A stretch of DNA of 64,000 nt from the human T2T-CHM13v2.0 reference genome, Homo sapiens: NCBI RefSeq assembly GCF_009914755.1, contig NC_060926.1; one strand, 5' to 3'. Position numbers and translations under genes: made by a program. A model generated the notes under the pieces. The model made no database searches and was not told the DNA's origin. It worked only from the letters and a program-made list of their open reading frames with translations. Positions 13,564 through 27,340 of this stretch are shown in pieces (the first letter of the stretch is position 1; every line of letters begins with the position of its first letter).

Positions 13564-16500
13564 CATTTTAGTGCTATTTCTTAGTATTTAATGTGCTAAA
13601 TATAGTATTTGGTAAAGAATGAAATCATCAAATTTGTGTGTATACTGCCTCTTGCAAATAGCACAGCAGTTATAGGTACACACATTTTCAAAAAACTTAA
13701 GAAAATCATGTTGGCTTCACTTATAAGTATTTATTGAGATGATTTAACAAAAATTAAGCGTGCACTTCTACACGTGAAAAGCTCCTTTAATTGTTTATTA
13801 CAAGCATACTTACTACATTGTGCACAGCACGTTTTGCAAAGGATTGCAAGTAAAAAGATCTCACAACAGAAGTACATAGATTTGGTTGTAATTCCAGTTG
13901 ATTGTTGATTTGTTTCCTGATTCATGTGTCTGTATCATCTTATCTACTCAATCAAAACTTACAAAGAGCATATATTCCTTAACATATATTCTTTAGCTAT
14001 GCTAACAGAAATATTTTGTTAGCTCAAAAGCAATCATCTGTCAATTTAGACAATAATTCACCCAAACATTTCGAATAGATTTTAAGATACAACAGACACC
14101 CTCAATGGACCTACCATACACTCTTCTCTCAGAGAAAGAATTATTTGACTGCTCATTTTTAATCTTAACAAAATGGAATAAATCTTAATTACAATTTTCA
14201 ATTCATTCTCCTGTTTATGCGATATAGCAGGAATAAGACAAATACACAGGTCACGTCATTTCTCAACTGCACTTCACTATGTGCCCTTTGACCTCCATTA
14301 TTAGTATTTATTAAGGTCTTTATATTTTTATTTTTAATTAGACTATACAGATATATCACTGAAGAGAATGTGTTTGCATTCAAAGCTCGTATTAGCCTAA
14401 AAATTTTATAAATGAATTAAAGAAGGTGCGCAGTTAGGATCCTAGGCACAATACGTATAATATCACATTTACACTTGGCCAAAGTATTATTAAGTGATAA
14501 CAACAGTCTCTGTTTTCAACAGCAGCTTGGACGGAAGGGAGAATGAAGAAAAGAAAGGTCACAAGCATTTGGTGAATGACAATTAATTTGCCACAATTAA
14601 CCAAATACTGAGGTAAAATGTCGTGAATTCTGTGCTTTCTATTTAAATAGTACACATCATCACTTGACAATGCTTTTGGCTAGGAAGTGATCTAAAAATA
14701 ATATTCTCAAATTTGAATTTAACCACAATAGCAAAGTGAAATAAAATACTAGCTTACATGTTCTTTAAATACAAAAGTGACTTTTTGCTCAGTGAGTGCC
14801 AGGTAACATTCTATCAAGCAAAACAACGTCAATTCAAACCTTATTTGAATGAAACCTTGACCTCCCTGTTTGAAAAAGAATATTTAAAATTATGTGTGTT
14901 TAATATTTGAACATGTTTGGTCAATATGAAACCAATATTTTCAAAGTAATTGATTTGTCTGCCATTCGGAATTAAAATAATTTGCTCCAAAAAATTTCTT
15001 CATTATCTGACAAGACAAGCTGCTCAAACGAGAGTAGGAAAGTGTTAAGAGACTGTCTTTAAAGGAAATACTCTGAGGTTGCCAGTAGACGTTTCCTGAT
15101 TTGACAGTGAGATTTACGAATAAGGGAGAACCAAGGTACTACCATGTTTTCCAGTTTAGTTTATAGCAGGGCAGCTGAGCTGGAGGCAGAAGCCATCTGC
15201 TGCTCGTCTCTCAATTGGATGGTAAAAGTAAAGTTTGAAAAATAAATAAAAATTAGCTAAATTGGCAGTTCAATAAAGCTGCAGTTCCTGAAGATTTTCT
15301 CTCCTGGGTAAAATGGTACCTCCAGGAAGGACAGCAGGATGGCTAAAAGCACATCTTTGCCAGCTAGCCGATCATCATAATTCATTATTTGTATGTGAGT
15401 GAATACTACAAAATTTTAGAATAAGTCTTGAGAAGACTTTGATGACATTTTATTCAGTTTAGTTATTCACCAAAAAATTGATTTGAATTTTTTCAGAGTA
15501 CTTCAGTTATAGAAACCAGGCATGAAACTTAATGGCGTTGGTTTTTTAAAACAGAGGTATTATATTTTTGAAACTCTCAACAATGCAAACCTTCCAAAAC
15601 CACTTTAGTACTTGGTTCATATTCTCCAAAGACAGCCAGGTACCATCATAGGACACCCATACTGAGGGAACCAGCACAAAGCATGGACACACTCAGTTGA
15701 AGGAGAGTCCACAGAGAACTCCTTCCCTATTTTCCTTCCCTTTTTTTCCTCTTTTCAGGTTGTTACCATTTCAATCTTTATAGTAAACAAAATGTTATTT
15801 TGTTCTTCTCACATAGAAATAGGAACTGAAACTCTGGGTAACTATTATAGGTAAATTTCATTCCTTAGTAACCAACAAATATATTTTTGTTTGTGTGTTT
15901 ATTTGTTACTACCTAAATAATGTCTAGGTAGGTTTCAATCCTTGACAGTAAGTAAATCCATGAACTAATTCTTTGAGAGGCTTAGGACATTAGATACTGT
16001 GGCAGCTTTTAGATTTACTTTTTTATTCAAGCCAGACACTTTTGCATATAGATTTCTTGTTCCCATTGTGTTTCGAATTTTCTTGGGTTGGCAATGCTCT
16101 GTTTTTCTAAACCCTTGAACTCAGAACAAAATGATTTTCTTTATTCACAATTATGTAAGAATAACTTAAATTGTCCAGGTTATTTGGCGATTTCAGATGG
16201 CCCATATACGAAGCCCCACAACTTACAGAAGTTGGCTTCAGTTTTTTGGTATTGATTTTTTTGAACAACTATCAAATTAATTATTAGCTGTCTATCAAAC
16301 TTGCACAAATAGCTAGGGTTTTACTCCCATGCATATGTATTCCCACAATACATAATAATGATGGGATTGCTTTTTTTTTTTTCCATCTTAGGAGTGATGG
16401 CATATTTTGGTTCAGTAGTGCTTCTGAATCAACATAGTTTGACAAATAGATCAGTGGAAAAAAATATAGACAGCTTTTGGTTTTTCAAACTGTTTTTATA

Positions 16501-18129
16501 TGTATTACTCAAGTGTATTCCAAAGATCACCCCATATCTTGGCCAGAAAAGTTATTGACAAATGCCCACAGTAAGAAGTGCCAGCCTAATAATGAATTAC
16601 AGTCCTGTTCACACTTTTATTATCAAAGTTAGTAATTGCTTTAAAATAGCCATAAAAATAATTTTGAAATTCAATAAGCCTTTTCATATTTTATATTAGG
16701 AAACCAGCCTTACTGAATTTAATTCAAATTTAATTACATTAAACAAACATATATTGAGTGCCTACAGAGACTGGTTTTACTTAAAATACACTGCGCACAT
16801 TTCAAGGTAATTTCTTGATTGGCTTGGAGGCTTAAAATCTGATCTTGTTCATGATGGTGTGTCAGACTGTGGTCTGCTGGAAACTTTTGTCCAGAAAGCC
16901 TTGCCTCATGCCTGGGCTTTCAGGAAAGTTTGACTTCAAATGTTATTTTCCAACAATCCTCTGTCATGTCACTGTGACCGAAGTCTTCTAGCATGCATTT
17001 TCAAAGCACATCTTCTATACTTCCAACTTCTGGTTACTGCACTTAACCTTATCGAACAAAGGCTGTTTGGGTAGAATGACTATCTTCACTCACTACTACT
17101 GTGATACTTAGTGAAGAATGACCCTTTTATTAATTTGGTAATTAAGTTATGGGAAAACACACACTAATATTAAATGCTAAAAACAAACAAACCAAAAACC
17201 AACTAGTGGCTTAAGTATAGAGATAGCCAGTAAAGTAGAGCTGTTTAAAACTCCTTGGATTTCCTCAAATGAAGGGGATAACAAGGTTTCACTTATAGAT
17301 GTAAAATAATCTGATTTTTTATCTGCATGTTGACAATCTTTTTAAAATTAAATACTCCTGAAATTTCCAAGCATCCAGAAAACCATAAAATGCAGATTAT
17401 ATATTATAGTTCACGGTGATCAAAATGTTAAATATTCAGGAGTGTATACCATCACAAATATGTTTCCTTATATGAGTTCCTTTTGAATTTGCAACTTATT
17501 TGCACAAATTTTATATTACTCCTTTATGGAGACACATGAAGTTTCTTAGCTATCTGTGAGTAGAACAAAATTTTACCAGCTGTATCTCCTTCCTCTCGCT
17601 TATTATAAACTGTACTTGAGAATAATGCCACTCTGTGTTTTATGAAGAACAGAGCATTGCAAACTGGATTTCCATATCACATTATAGTTCATGGGTTGTT
17701 AAGTATACCATGAAAAAGAAATTTCCCAGGACTTGGTTTACTGTGTTTCAGCAGCTTAGCTAGTGAAACAGTAGAGTTTAATTATGCAGCCTCCTCAGAG
17801 TCTGATGGGCAGCTTTCACTGCAGGGCTGGAAGAGAACAATACTGGGGTTATTACCCAAAATAATTTTACCGTGTAATTAGTTGTGTGATATTACCAAAT
17901 TGAAGTCATGTGCAGAGGCAATTGAAGAATATATAGCCAAAAATGGATTAAAAAATGAAAAAAACTCTAGAGGATCATGTTATTTACAAAACAACAATAT
18001 AGTTACTTTTTTCTGCAGTTTATAATTTGTGTGGTATTTGTTAACTTTTTAAAATTCATATTTTGCTATGTTTTATTTTCTCTACATGAATAAATACTCA
18101 CTTTCGTGCCTAATTTTGTATTCTTTCTC

Positions 18130-18290
18130 TTAAAATGTGATCTCAAAATCTAATAGGGCTTGAATCCTACTTTAGGTACTGTTATTTTATAAAGAACCAA
18201 AGTGAGAAACACAGCTGGCAAATGGATGAGCTGGGATAGGAACCCTGTGTTCTGATTCATTTGTACATATGTTGAATCACTAGACTGACT
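18130..18290 (-). mobile_element. MIR SINE fragment
   Basis: 'taggtactgttattttataaag...gctggcaaatggatgagctgggataggaaccctgtgttctgattc'. Confidence 0.6.
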
Positions 18291-18494
18291 ATGCTATGTC
18301 CCAGGCAGCATCTCATGCTATAACAAAAGACTGAAAATGCAGACTGTCTTCTCGCTTAGACATCTAGTCAGCCTGGAGAATGTACTCTCTTGTAACGAAA
18401 TATTAGGCAACCTAAAGAAAATATCTGAAGGGGACAGTCAGGTCCACAAAAACAAGTATGATGTTAACTCCGGTGAAGATACATGCTCTGGAAT

Positions 18495-18635
18495 TCCTAA
18501 GTTCTGTGCTTTACAGTTTCCCTATCAATAAAATGGTGGTGATGATTATTATGTGCTGTTGGAAGAGTAAATGAGATTCTACATATAAAGCATACAGCAC
18601 AATGTCTGGCACATACAAAAGCTCCATAGATGTGA
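18495..18635 (+). mobile_element. MIR SINE fragment
   Basis: 'cagtttccctatcaataaaatgg...gagtaaatgagat...tataaagcatacagcacaatgtctggcacata'. Confidence 0.75.
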
Positions 18636-18889
18636 TTTAACTTAGTTTTGGCGTGACTAAGCTACAAAATTAGAAGGAATTAGAAAGCTAAATAATAAAT
18701 AGTATGTCTGGGAGAGGTATATAAAACACTATGCACAAATTATTGAAGCTCATATACTAAGAACCTATTATCACATAAAAAAGAAAAACAAAAAAAATGA
18801 AGCCTGCATTTACTTCTCTTTCAGCTTTTAGCTAACCATTTTGCAGTGGTTAGTCCAGGAATAAAGGACATGCTTACAAGCTTATCACC

Positions 18890-19520
18890 AGCACACAGAT
18901 CACGTATTCTTCTGTTAAAAAACCATCTCGGAGCATTTTCTTTCACTCAGAATAAAACACAAAGTCTTAACCATGGTTGTGTATAGGGTCCCACGGGTGT
19001 GCCTCAACTCCAAGCCTATTTTCCCTGCTTCTCTTTCTCCTCACTCTGCTCCCCTACTCTAGCCTTCTTGCAATTCTTAAGACAGGACCTTTGCAGTTGT
19101 CCCCAGTGGTTAGAATGCTCTGCTCCTAGATATCTCCATGGCTCCCTCTCTCCTTCCCCTCCTTTTATTTTTATTTTAATATCATCTTCTCAATAATTTC
19201 TTTCTTTTCTTGTTCTTTTTTTTTTTTTTTTTTTTTGAGATCGAGTCTTGCTCTGTCACCCAAGCTGGAGTGCAGTGGTATGATCTCGGCTCACCTGTCG
19301 CCAGGCTGGAGTGAGGTGGCACGATAATTTTTGTATTTTTACTAGAGACGGGGTTTCGTCGTGTTGGCCAGGCTGGTCTTGAAATCCTGACTTCAGGTGA
19401 TCTGCCCACCTCAACCTCCGAAAGTATTGGAATTACAGGCGTGAGCCACCACTCCTGGCCTCAATAATGTCTTTCTTGACCATCCTATTGAAAATTGCAA
19501 CCTGTAGTTGATCCCTAAAA
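18890..19520 (+). mobile_element. L2 LINE fragment interrupted by an Alu
   Basis: 'cactcagaataaaacacaaagtcttaaccatgg...ctcactctgctcc...caggacctttgcagttg...agaatgctct' is L2-like and continues after 19477. Confidence 0.7.
19207..19460 (-). mobile_element. AluS with internal deletion/duplication in the right arm
   Basis: TSD tcaataat(t/g)tctttctt at 19190-19206 and 19461-19477. The left arm is intact; the right arm is rearranged (see findings). Confidence 0.9.
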
Positions 19521-20379
19521 TGAAACTCATTTTTTTTTTCTATGAGCATTCCGTGGTGTGGAATACTGCATCTGGGACTACTTGAGTTTTTCCCAAAAAC
19601 TTTGGGTCACTCTGGACATTAATGATGGGAATAGTGACTTCTCACTAATTCAGACTTGGAGCTGGCTGCCCAGACACTCAGAAATTAAATTCTATTCTAT
19701 CAATGATACTCACTGTCCTATAACTCAGTGTTTCATCGAACGTGGTACTTCTTGATCTTCTCTTTTTCTAAAACTCTGTTTTCTGATGTTTATCCCTGCT
19801 CCCAAGGAAATTCTTTTTATGAATATCACTATCCCAAAGTGGGTACAATTGCTGTCGTATTTCCTTTCTCCACGCCCCTTTCTTAGTACCAACTGACCAC
19901 TCATAAGTACTTTCACCAATGACAGGTATTAGATTTTTTCTCATATCCTGTTCACACCTCTGCTTGGATTACGGCCTGGATATGGACCTTTTAGTTTTGG
20001 ATTCACCTTAAGACATCTGCCCTCTTTTGTTTCTCCTTAGAATAATTGGTCTTTGTCTTGCTTCCATTTCAGATGTACAGTAATCATTTAGTTCAACTAG
20101 GACTTGGATCTAGCCTTCCTACTTTATCTTGTTCTTTTGCTAATTAGACATTAACGAAACCTGAGTTCTGACTCAGTATCTAATTCTTTGTGTTAAGTAA
20201 GCTTACAGGAAGGTAGTCTTGTTTTCAACTCTTCAGGTAAAGAACCTAGTAGAATGCTATATGAACCGTAAATTAAGTCACATTTAGACCTTGATTACAG
20301 GGCTCTCTTGGTAAGAATCAAAGCAATGGTGGGGTCATTAGTAGAATGAGAAGGAATATGAGAAATTGTATGTCTTTGT

Positions 20380-20960
20380 TTTATATGCAGAGATGCCATA
20401 GCCTTGAGGTGAGGGCATGCTTGGTGTGTTTGAGAGAGTAGAGGGAAAAAGAAAGATAGTGCTACGAGATAAAATCAGAGGAATAGCAGCGGGTCTAGAT
20501 CAGTATACTGCTGTGAAGTTTATTATAAGACCTTTGGCATTTACTCTGAGCAAGATGGAAAAGCCACCGGGAGTTTTGAGAGGACTAACGCTTTCCAACT
20601 TTCATTATGAAGGCACATTCTGATGGTTGTATTGAAAAGAAAGCAAAGGAAAGCAACCACTAAAGCAGGGAGAACTAAGAGACTATTTTAACAATCCAGA
20701 GAGAGAACAAGAGATAAAATGTTGATGTTGGCTTAAGGTAAAAGGGGGTAGCAGTAGGCATTTCTAAGTACGCTGAATTTATTTCATAGGTAGCTTCTGA
20801 CAGGATTTGCTGACAGAAGTAGCGTTTAGAGAAAATCAGGTTGACTCCAAAGTTTTTGGCATAAACAACTGAAGAATGCTGTTATTCAGAGAAAGGGAAA
20901 GAATATGGTGGGTGAAATTTTAGGGGGCAGATCAGAGTAATTTCCACTTAGGTTAGTTTT
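20380..20960 (-). mobile_element. L2 LINE fragment
   Basis: 'tttggcatttactctgagcaagatggaaaagccacc...gactccaaagtttttggcataaacaactgaagaatg' is antisense L2. Confidence 0.75.
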
Positions 20961-21981
20961 CTTTGAGTGAATACATAACCTATCTACATAAGAGGTTTTC
21001 TTTTAATGTCTCAAGACATAGGTCAAATATTTATAACCCTGGAAACTCATTACATTGTATACTCCAGCTTAGTCTTCTAACTCATATTGCAATATATGAA
21101 ACCATTAAAATGGTAATAAAAAATAGAAAGTGGTTACTGGCAAACATTTTAATGCAAAAACCTGACAATTTTAAACCTCTTCTATTCATATTGTATTCAT
21201 CTTGGATAATTTAACTGGATGAATTAAAGATAACATAAATTATTCAACTGTAAATGATTTGAAAGCAAACAGCACATTCATTTCATCATTTTTTTTTCCT
21301 TAGAGCCTTTCATTACAATTCAGCCATTCTGCAATTAATTGTCACAAATTTCTGGCCAATACATTCATTTCCTATCATATTCAAAGAAAATTATTTGAAT
21401 TTAAAATTCTTACTCTAAATGAGGTATATTGAACATTTCGAATCTTGACAGTTTAATTCTATATTTGTGTCATGAAATCAGTTCTTTTCTTTTTACCTGT
21501 CTTATTTCTTTAAGTTAGTTATAGGTAAAATTGTAACCCTGACTGTTATCTCATGTTAACGCAAGACAAGAAAATATGTATGAATGTCGGGAAGAGATTT
21601 GACCTGGAAACTTTTCATTTATTGAAAAGGCTGCTTTTGAATTTTGTCACATGAATTATTACCAGAATCCTTTAAATATTCATATAAAGTTTAATTGATG
21701 TAGTAATGTTGGGCAACATACTCTTTTCATTTGACCTACTCTAAAGTGACACAAAGCTGTGTTTTTTCCCCAAATTATTTCAATGTTCATGAGATAGAGA
21801 GGTTGATTATATACATATTTTATGAAGTGTTACTGAAGTACACATAAAATTAATATTATTTTTCACATTTCCCCCTTATGTAATATACATTCTACAATAA
21901 ATAAAACCACCTACTGAGCATATCTATCAAGTAATGAGCCTGTATTTTAAGCAGATATTTTTGAAATATTATAGGTAAAAT

Positions 21982-22220
21982 TAATAACAGCTATTATTTT
22001 GTGAAGACATTCTAGTTGGAAGGCACTGAGCAATTTACTTTATATGCATTATTGCATCTATCCCTCACAACCACCCTTCGAAGAAGGTATTGTCATTATT
22101 TCTATTTTGTGAATAATGAAATGGTGGCTAAGAGCTGTTAGGTATGTTGTCCAACATCACACTATGGTAAGTGGCAGGAAACACTTTGAACCTAGGCAAG
22201 TTAACTTCAGAACTAGAAAG
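21982..22220 (-). mobile_element. MIR SINE, near full length
   Basis: 'cctcacaaccacc...ggtattgtcattatttctatttt...tgtccaacatcacact...taagtggcagg...tttgaacctaggcaag'. Confidence 0.8.
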
Positions 22221-22449
22221 CTTCTTTAATTCAGTTGGCATTTCTGAATTTGCAATACTAAGTCATCATATACTACATGCCATTCATGTGCCATAATAAA
22301 ACTAATTCCAAAACATATATGCAGAAAATGGAAGGTAAAAAAGGATCCAAGTTATTATATCCTTAATCCAACTGCATTTTCTTTATCAAGTACTTCAATA
22401 TCTAATAGATAAGAATTGTACCATATCCCAATTTTGAGGAACACTTTAG

Positions 22450-23040
22450 AGAATGCAACTTGTGTCAGAAATAGGGTGCTTAACACAGTCACTATTGGGC
22501 ATTCCAAAATACTACTGTTGCCAAAAGAAATTGGCAATAAAAAATGTTTGAAGGGCATGTTATTAGTGAATATCAATAGCTTTAACAATACACATATGTC
22601 TTGGGAAGAACACTTGCATTTTTAGGAATTAATCTCAAGAAAATAGTCCAAGATGAGCTAATGATTAAATTACATAAATGAAGCTAAAATAATTTAAATA
22701 CAGTAAAAAATTAGGATATTTGAAATGTCCAAAAATAGAAATTATGGAGATAAGAAAGGAATGCTAGGCATTCATTAAAAATAATGTTTGAGGAGCATAT
22801 TTATCAAGATAAAAAAGGTCATGATAAACTGCCATTAAACACAAAAATATATGTACAAAAAATGCATAAAATATATGTACAGAAAAATACATAAACTATG
22901 TACTACTTTGTGGGGTTAGAAGTGAAACTTGGTACATATGGGAGTTATTGTTGATATTGGAAATAAAATTAATTTCATTTTTATGGATGTTTTTGTTTCT
23001 TATTATAGAATAAATGTATAACTTGATAATAAACCAAAAA
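22450..23040 (+). mobile_element. Old L1 (L1ME-like) 3' fragment
   Basis: 'tttttaggaattaatctcaagaaaatag...aaatgtccaaaaatag...ttattatggag...ggaatgctagg' resembles a degenerate L1M 3' end. Confidence 0.5.
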
Positions 23041-23309
23041 GTTATTTTCAGAAAGTTACCATTTCATGTTATTTTCTGTTCTAAAACACTGACAACACTT
23101 AGCCTACACTGTTTTCAAAAGATGTCCGTGATTTACCCATGTGTTAATTATTTTCTTTAATGAATAATAAAATTTACTCTTCTTAAAAATAACATTTTAT
23201 AATCTATGCTTGAAAATGTAAAATTCATTCAATTCAAAATAATAAACTCTACTTCAGTACTCCCTATCTGCATGACACTTTTTTTGGTGTTTTGGTAAGT
23301 TCCAAGATG

Positions 23310-23790
23310 AATATATTGTCCTAGTCCCCATGGAGCTCACAAATAGAAAAAATAAAGCACATAAAGCCTAATTTTAATTTCAGATAACATGTAAAAATAC
23401 ATCAATAGTGGCAAAAGTTCTTTTAGTGGCAATGTGGTGAAAATTATTTCCCATTCAGTGAACGGAGAGAAGTTTACTGGAAATGATGGCATTTGATCTT
23501 GAAATTGGACTTGAAGAGTAAGTAGGACTTTTATAGGTGGAGTCAAAGAGTTAGGCATGTCTATTTGGCTGGGATTACATGAAGGGCATGTAGGGAGTAA
23601 GGCAGAGTAAAATGTACGGTTTATTTTATACCCTGAGTATTTGATGAGTAATAGTGAAATATAAGGCTGAAAAGAGAGTTAAAATGAGTTCCAAATATTC
23701 TGAGAAAAAAGACTAAAAGTGTTTGTACTTTATTCTCTATTTACTGTGGAGTTATTAAAACTTTTTCAGTTAGAGAATTACATTATGATA
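23310..23790 (-). mobile_element. L2 LINE fragment
   Basis: 'gtcctagtccccatggagctcaca...gatggcatttgatc...gacttgaagagtaagtagga...tttgtactttattctctat'. Confidence 0.6.
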
Positions 23791-25167
23791 AAGCATGAAT
23801 AATATTAATGTTAAATGCACATAGGATTAAGGCACTACTGATTCAATACCCATGAACTGAACCCTGGATTCTGGGTGCTTCAGCATCACTTACTGATGAA
23901 GAATCTTGATATTGTCATGGATTAGCACAAAAGAAAAAGAAAATTTCCAGAGCTTCCTTCTTTCTTTCAGCTAGAGAACCTGGAAAACTTTATGCTCTCT
24001 TCTACTTCAGACATTTTAAAAAGATTCTTAAATTTACCAAGGAGAATGTTTTTATATCTTACCATGAACGTCAGTGTAAATGCTATGCTAGATAAAATAA
24101 TTTGTAGGAAATGAAGATATAGTATTAGGAAAAAAATAGCTTTTTTAAAGCAGAACTGCCCAATTTATACAATCTCTAGAATCTCATATGCTGATAGTCT
24201 ATCAAAACAAGGAGCTAAAGTTTTTTATAGACTTGGAAAATGTATATGCATTCACAAGATATTCTTCCTATGTTTATAAGACACTGAAATCTTTGTTAGT
24301 TTCCCAAATATAATAATTCAAGTGTTTTCTCCACGTATGGCAATGTGAGTATATACACTGCAGTAAGAATGAAAATTCCTGTATCCCAATAAAATTGACT
24401 CAGTATGTCAGTAGTGCAGAACAATCAAGAAATCACAAGGCAAAATGGGAAATTAAAAGGTCATCCTATTCATCCTCTATCTGCCTTACAAAACTATCTC
24501 TCTAATTCTAATTCTATACAAAGATAGAAACAATATAACTGTTTTTTTTTTTAGAAAACAGATAATTTCTGTCATAACTTCATAATGACAATGTGTTATA
24601 AACTAAATTTCTTTCTTTTGTTCTGGCACTGAATAGAAAAAAGTGTAACCAGATAGCTAGTCGTTCGTTATATGTGATCAATTATCTTACCTAGTTCAAA
24701 CAGGTCAATTTTTTAAAAAACTTATTTTTAGAGCAGGCAATTAACTCTGATATTTTCCATAGACAAATTACTAATCTAGCCAGTAAATTCAAGATGAATA
24801 CTTTTGCTTATTTGGACCTTGGACAAAACAAAATACAACAAAACAAAAAGTAGCTAAATCAGAGTAATGTTTCTGATTCCCTAACAACAACTTGAATTGG
24901 ATGCAATATTCATATGGATTATTAGTGTAATCCACATGTATGAAAGACAGGGCATTATTTAAATGTAATCTTTTTTTAAATGAAAATAAATATTAGATTA
25001 TTCCATAGCCTTCTTTACACTAAAAGTCTTTTTCCAGGTCATTGTGCTGATGCTTTTTAACCTTCGTGTTTAAATTCTTTAATGTCGTTAACACATTGCA
25101 ACAAATTCTTTATGATTTCTAAATTATCAAACACTGAATTAATACTATACTTGAAAAATTAACAATG

Positions 25168-25790
25168 AGAGGAACCCTGTATGTGGGTGGAAATGTAAAA
25201 TAGTACAGTCACTGTGGAAAAGAGTTTGATGGTTCCTCAAAAAGTTAAACAAAATTATCATTTAACCCAGCAATGACACTCCTTGGTGTATACTAAAAAT
25301 AACTGAGAACAATTATTCAAACAGATACCTGTACGCCAATATTCACAGCAGTGTTATTCGCAAAAGCCAAAAGGCAGAAACAACACAAGTGCCCATAAAC
25401 TTATGAATAGATTAAAAAATGTAATATATAGATACTGATGGAATATTATTTAGCCATAAAGAGCACTGAAGTGCTGATTTATGTTACAACATTAATGAAA
25501 CATGCCAAGCAAAATAAGCCAGACACAAAAAGACATATAGTTCACGATTCCATTTATATGAAATACCTAGAATAGGTAAATTCATAGAGACAGAAAATAG
25601 ATTAAAGGTTACTAGTAGAAAGTTATTGCTTAATGGGTAGTGTTTCTGTTTAGTGTAGTAAAAAAGTTCTGGAAATAAGTAGTGGTAATGGCTGCACAAT
25701 ACTGTGTACGTAATTAATGCCACTGAATTACACACCTAAATATAGTTAAAATGGCAAATTTTATGTCATACGCATTTGTCCCCAGTAAAT
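25168..25790 (+). mobile_element. L1MB-type LINE-1 3' end
   Basis: 'gggtggaaatgtaaaatagtacagtcactgtggaaaagagtttgatggttcctcaaaaagttaaac...taggtaaattcatagagacagaaaatagatta...gttaaaatggcaaattttatgt'. Confidence 0.85.
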
Positions 25791-26099
25791 ATATATCAAG
25801 AACAATATGAAATAAATAATTAGTATGAGAGTTCATGTACTATATTCTTATTTATGGATCCTTTATTGATTTTTAAAAAATCAGCAGACATATACTGTTG
25901 ATTCACATGCAATCTACTGCAAGTGAAATCTTTGCAAATCCCTTTCTGTTTTATCGACTCACTGCTGGTTGCTACCTCTTATCAATTTCCCATCCCTTCA
26001 TGGTATCTGTTTCCTTAGTATATTGATCCTCATTGCATTTATTTCTAACCTCTTTTACCTGACCAAGAGATGTTAAATTTTTAACCAACAATAAATAAT

Positions 26100-27030
26100 T
26101 TCTGAAGATGCCTCTGGATTTAATGAACACTTACAATGTTATCTCTGTTATAGATAAGATAAAAATAAGTAGACAGCTTCAAGACAGACTGACTGTCAGG
26201 TCCACACTACCTGATGACGCACTACATATGGTGGGGAGGTAGAGGAAGGGGCAAATATTGAAACAACCATTTGTTTTCTGACTTAAAAAATTGAATTGAA
26301 GTAGGAACTTCAATTAGAACTCCAGATTTTGATATGTGCGAAATGTGTGCATGCCTGTGTGTAGGAGGATAACTCATTTGGTTTGGACATATTATGTTGT
26401 AGGTTCTTTTAAAGCATTTTTGAGATATCCTTAATTGTCTAATATTGTGTAAGCAATTACACTTCCAAGTCTGAACCTCAGAGAATTCTGGATGAGAGAC
26501 CTAAGTGAAGATTCCATTGGCATATAGATCATAAAGTCATAGGTATGAATGATATGGCTTAGGGAGAAAATTTAGAATAAGGAAAGGAGATGAAAAGAAA
26601 GAAGAACAGAGAAAAAGGATGGGGGGAGTCTGTGACTATTCACTGAGGAACTCCAATATTTAATGTCTGGATGATGAAGATGAGCCAGCAAAAAGAGACA
26701 GAGAAGTAGTTATTAGAAGCATGATAAACAACTAGGCCCAGAGAGCAATACAAGCTGAAGAAACAGAAGATTTTCAAGAACTAAGGGGTCAATGGAGTCA
26801 CCCACATCTAAGTGGTCAAGTTGAGGACTAAAATATGTCCACTGGATTTCATAACCCAGAGGTCATTGGTGACTTTACAAAGAGTTATTTATGTGGTAAG
26901 ATGGGGTAGGAAACCAAATTGAAATGGGTTGAGTGGTGATTAGGAAGTGGAGTTAGAGGATATAGACAATTATAAACAAGAGAAGATAAGAGTGATGGCA
27001 ACTAGTGTGCTAGTGGTAAAGGAAAGTTTT
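26100..27030 (-). mobile_element. L2 LINE fragment
   Basis: 'ctgaggaactccaatattt...gagccagcaaaaagagacagagaag...gaggactaaaatatgtccactggattt...gaggtcattggtgacttt'. Confidence 0.75.
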
Positions 27031-27340
27031 TGTTGTTTTTAGCTGATATCCTTCATCTTTTGAATAACACTCCAACTGTAATTTTATTCTTTTCTGTCTA
27101 AATATCTCTCTTCCCTTCCAAGACAATCCTTACCCAATTCTTTCTATTTCTTCTAGGATAAATAGCATTTATCAACTATTTACCATATACGAGCTTGTTA
27201 TAAACACAGAAATGTCAGATTTGTTGCAATTCTAGCACATCTCTTTGTACCATTAATTTTTCATTTATTGCTGTTTCTTTTTAACATAGCTGAATGAAGT
27301 CTTGTTAAGATGCGTGTTTGTTATTTTGCATTTACATAGT

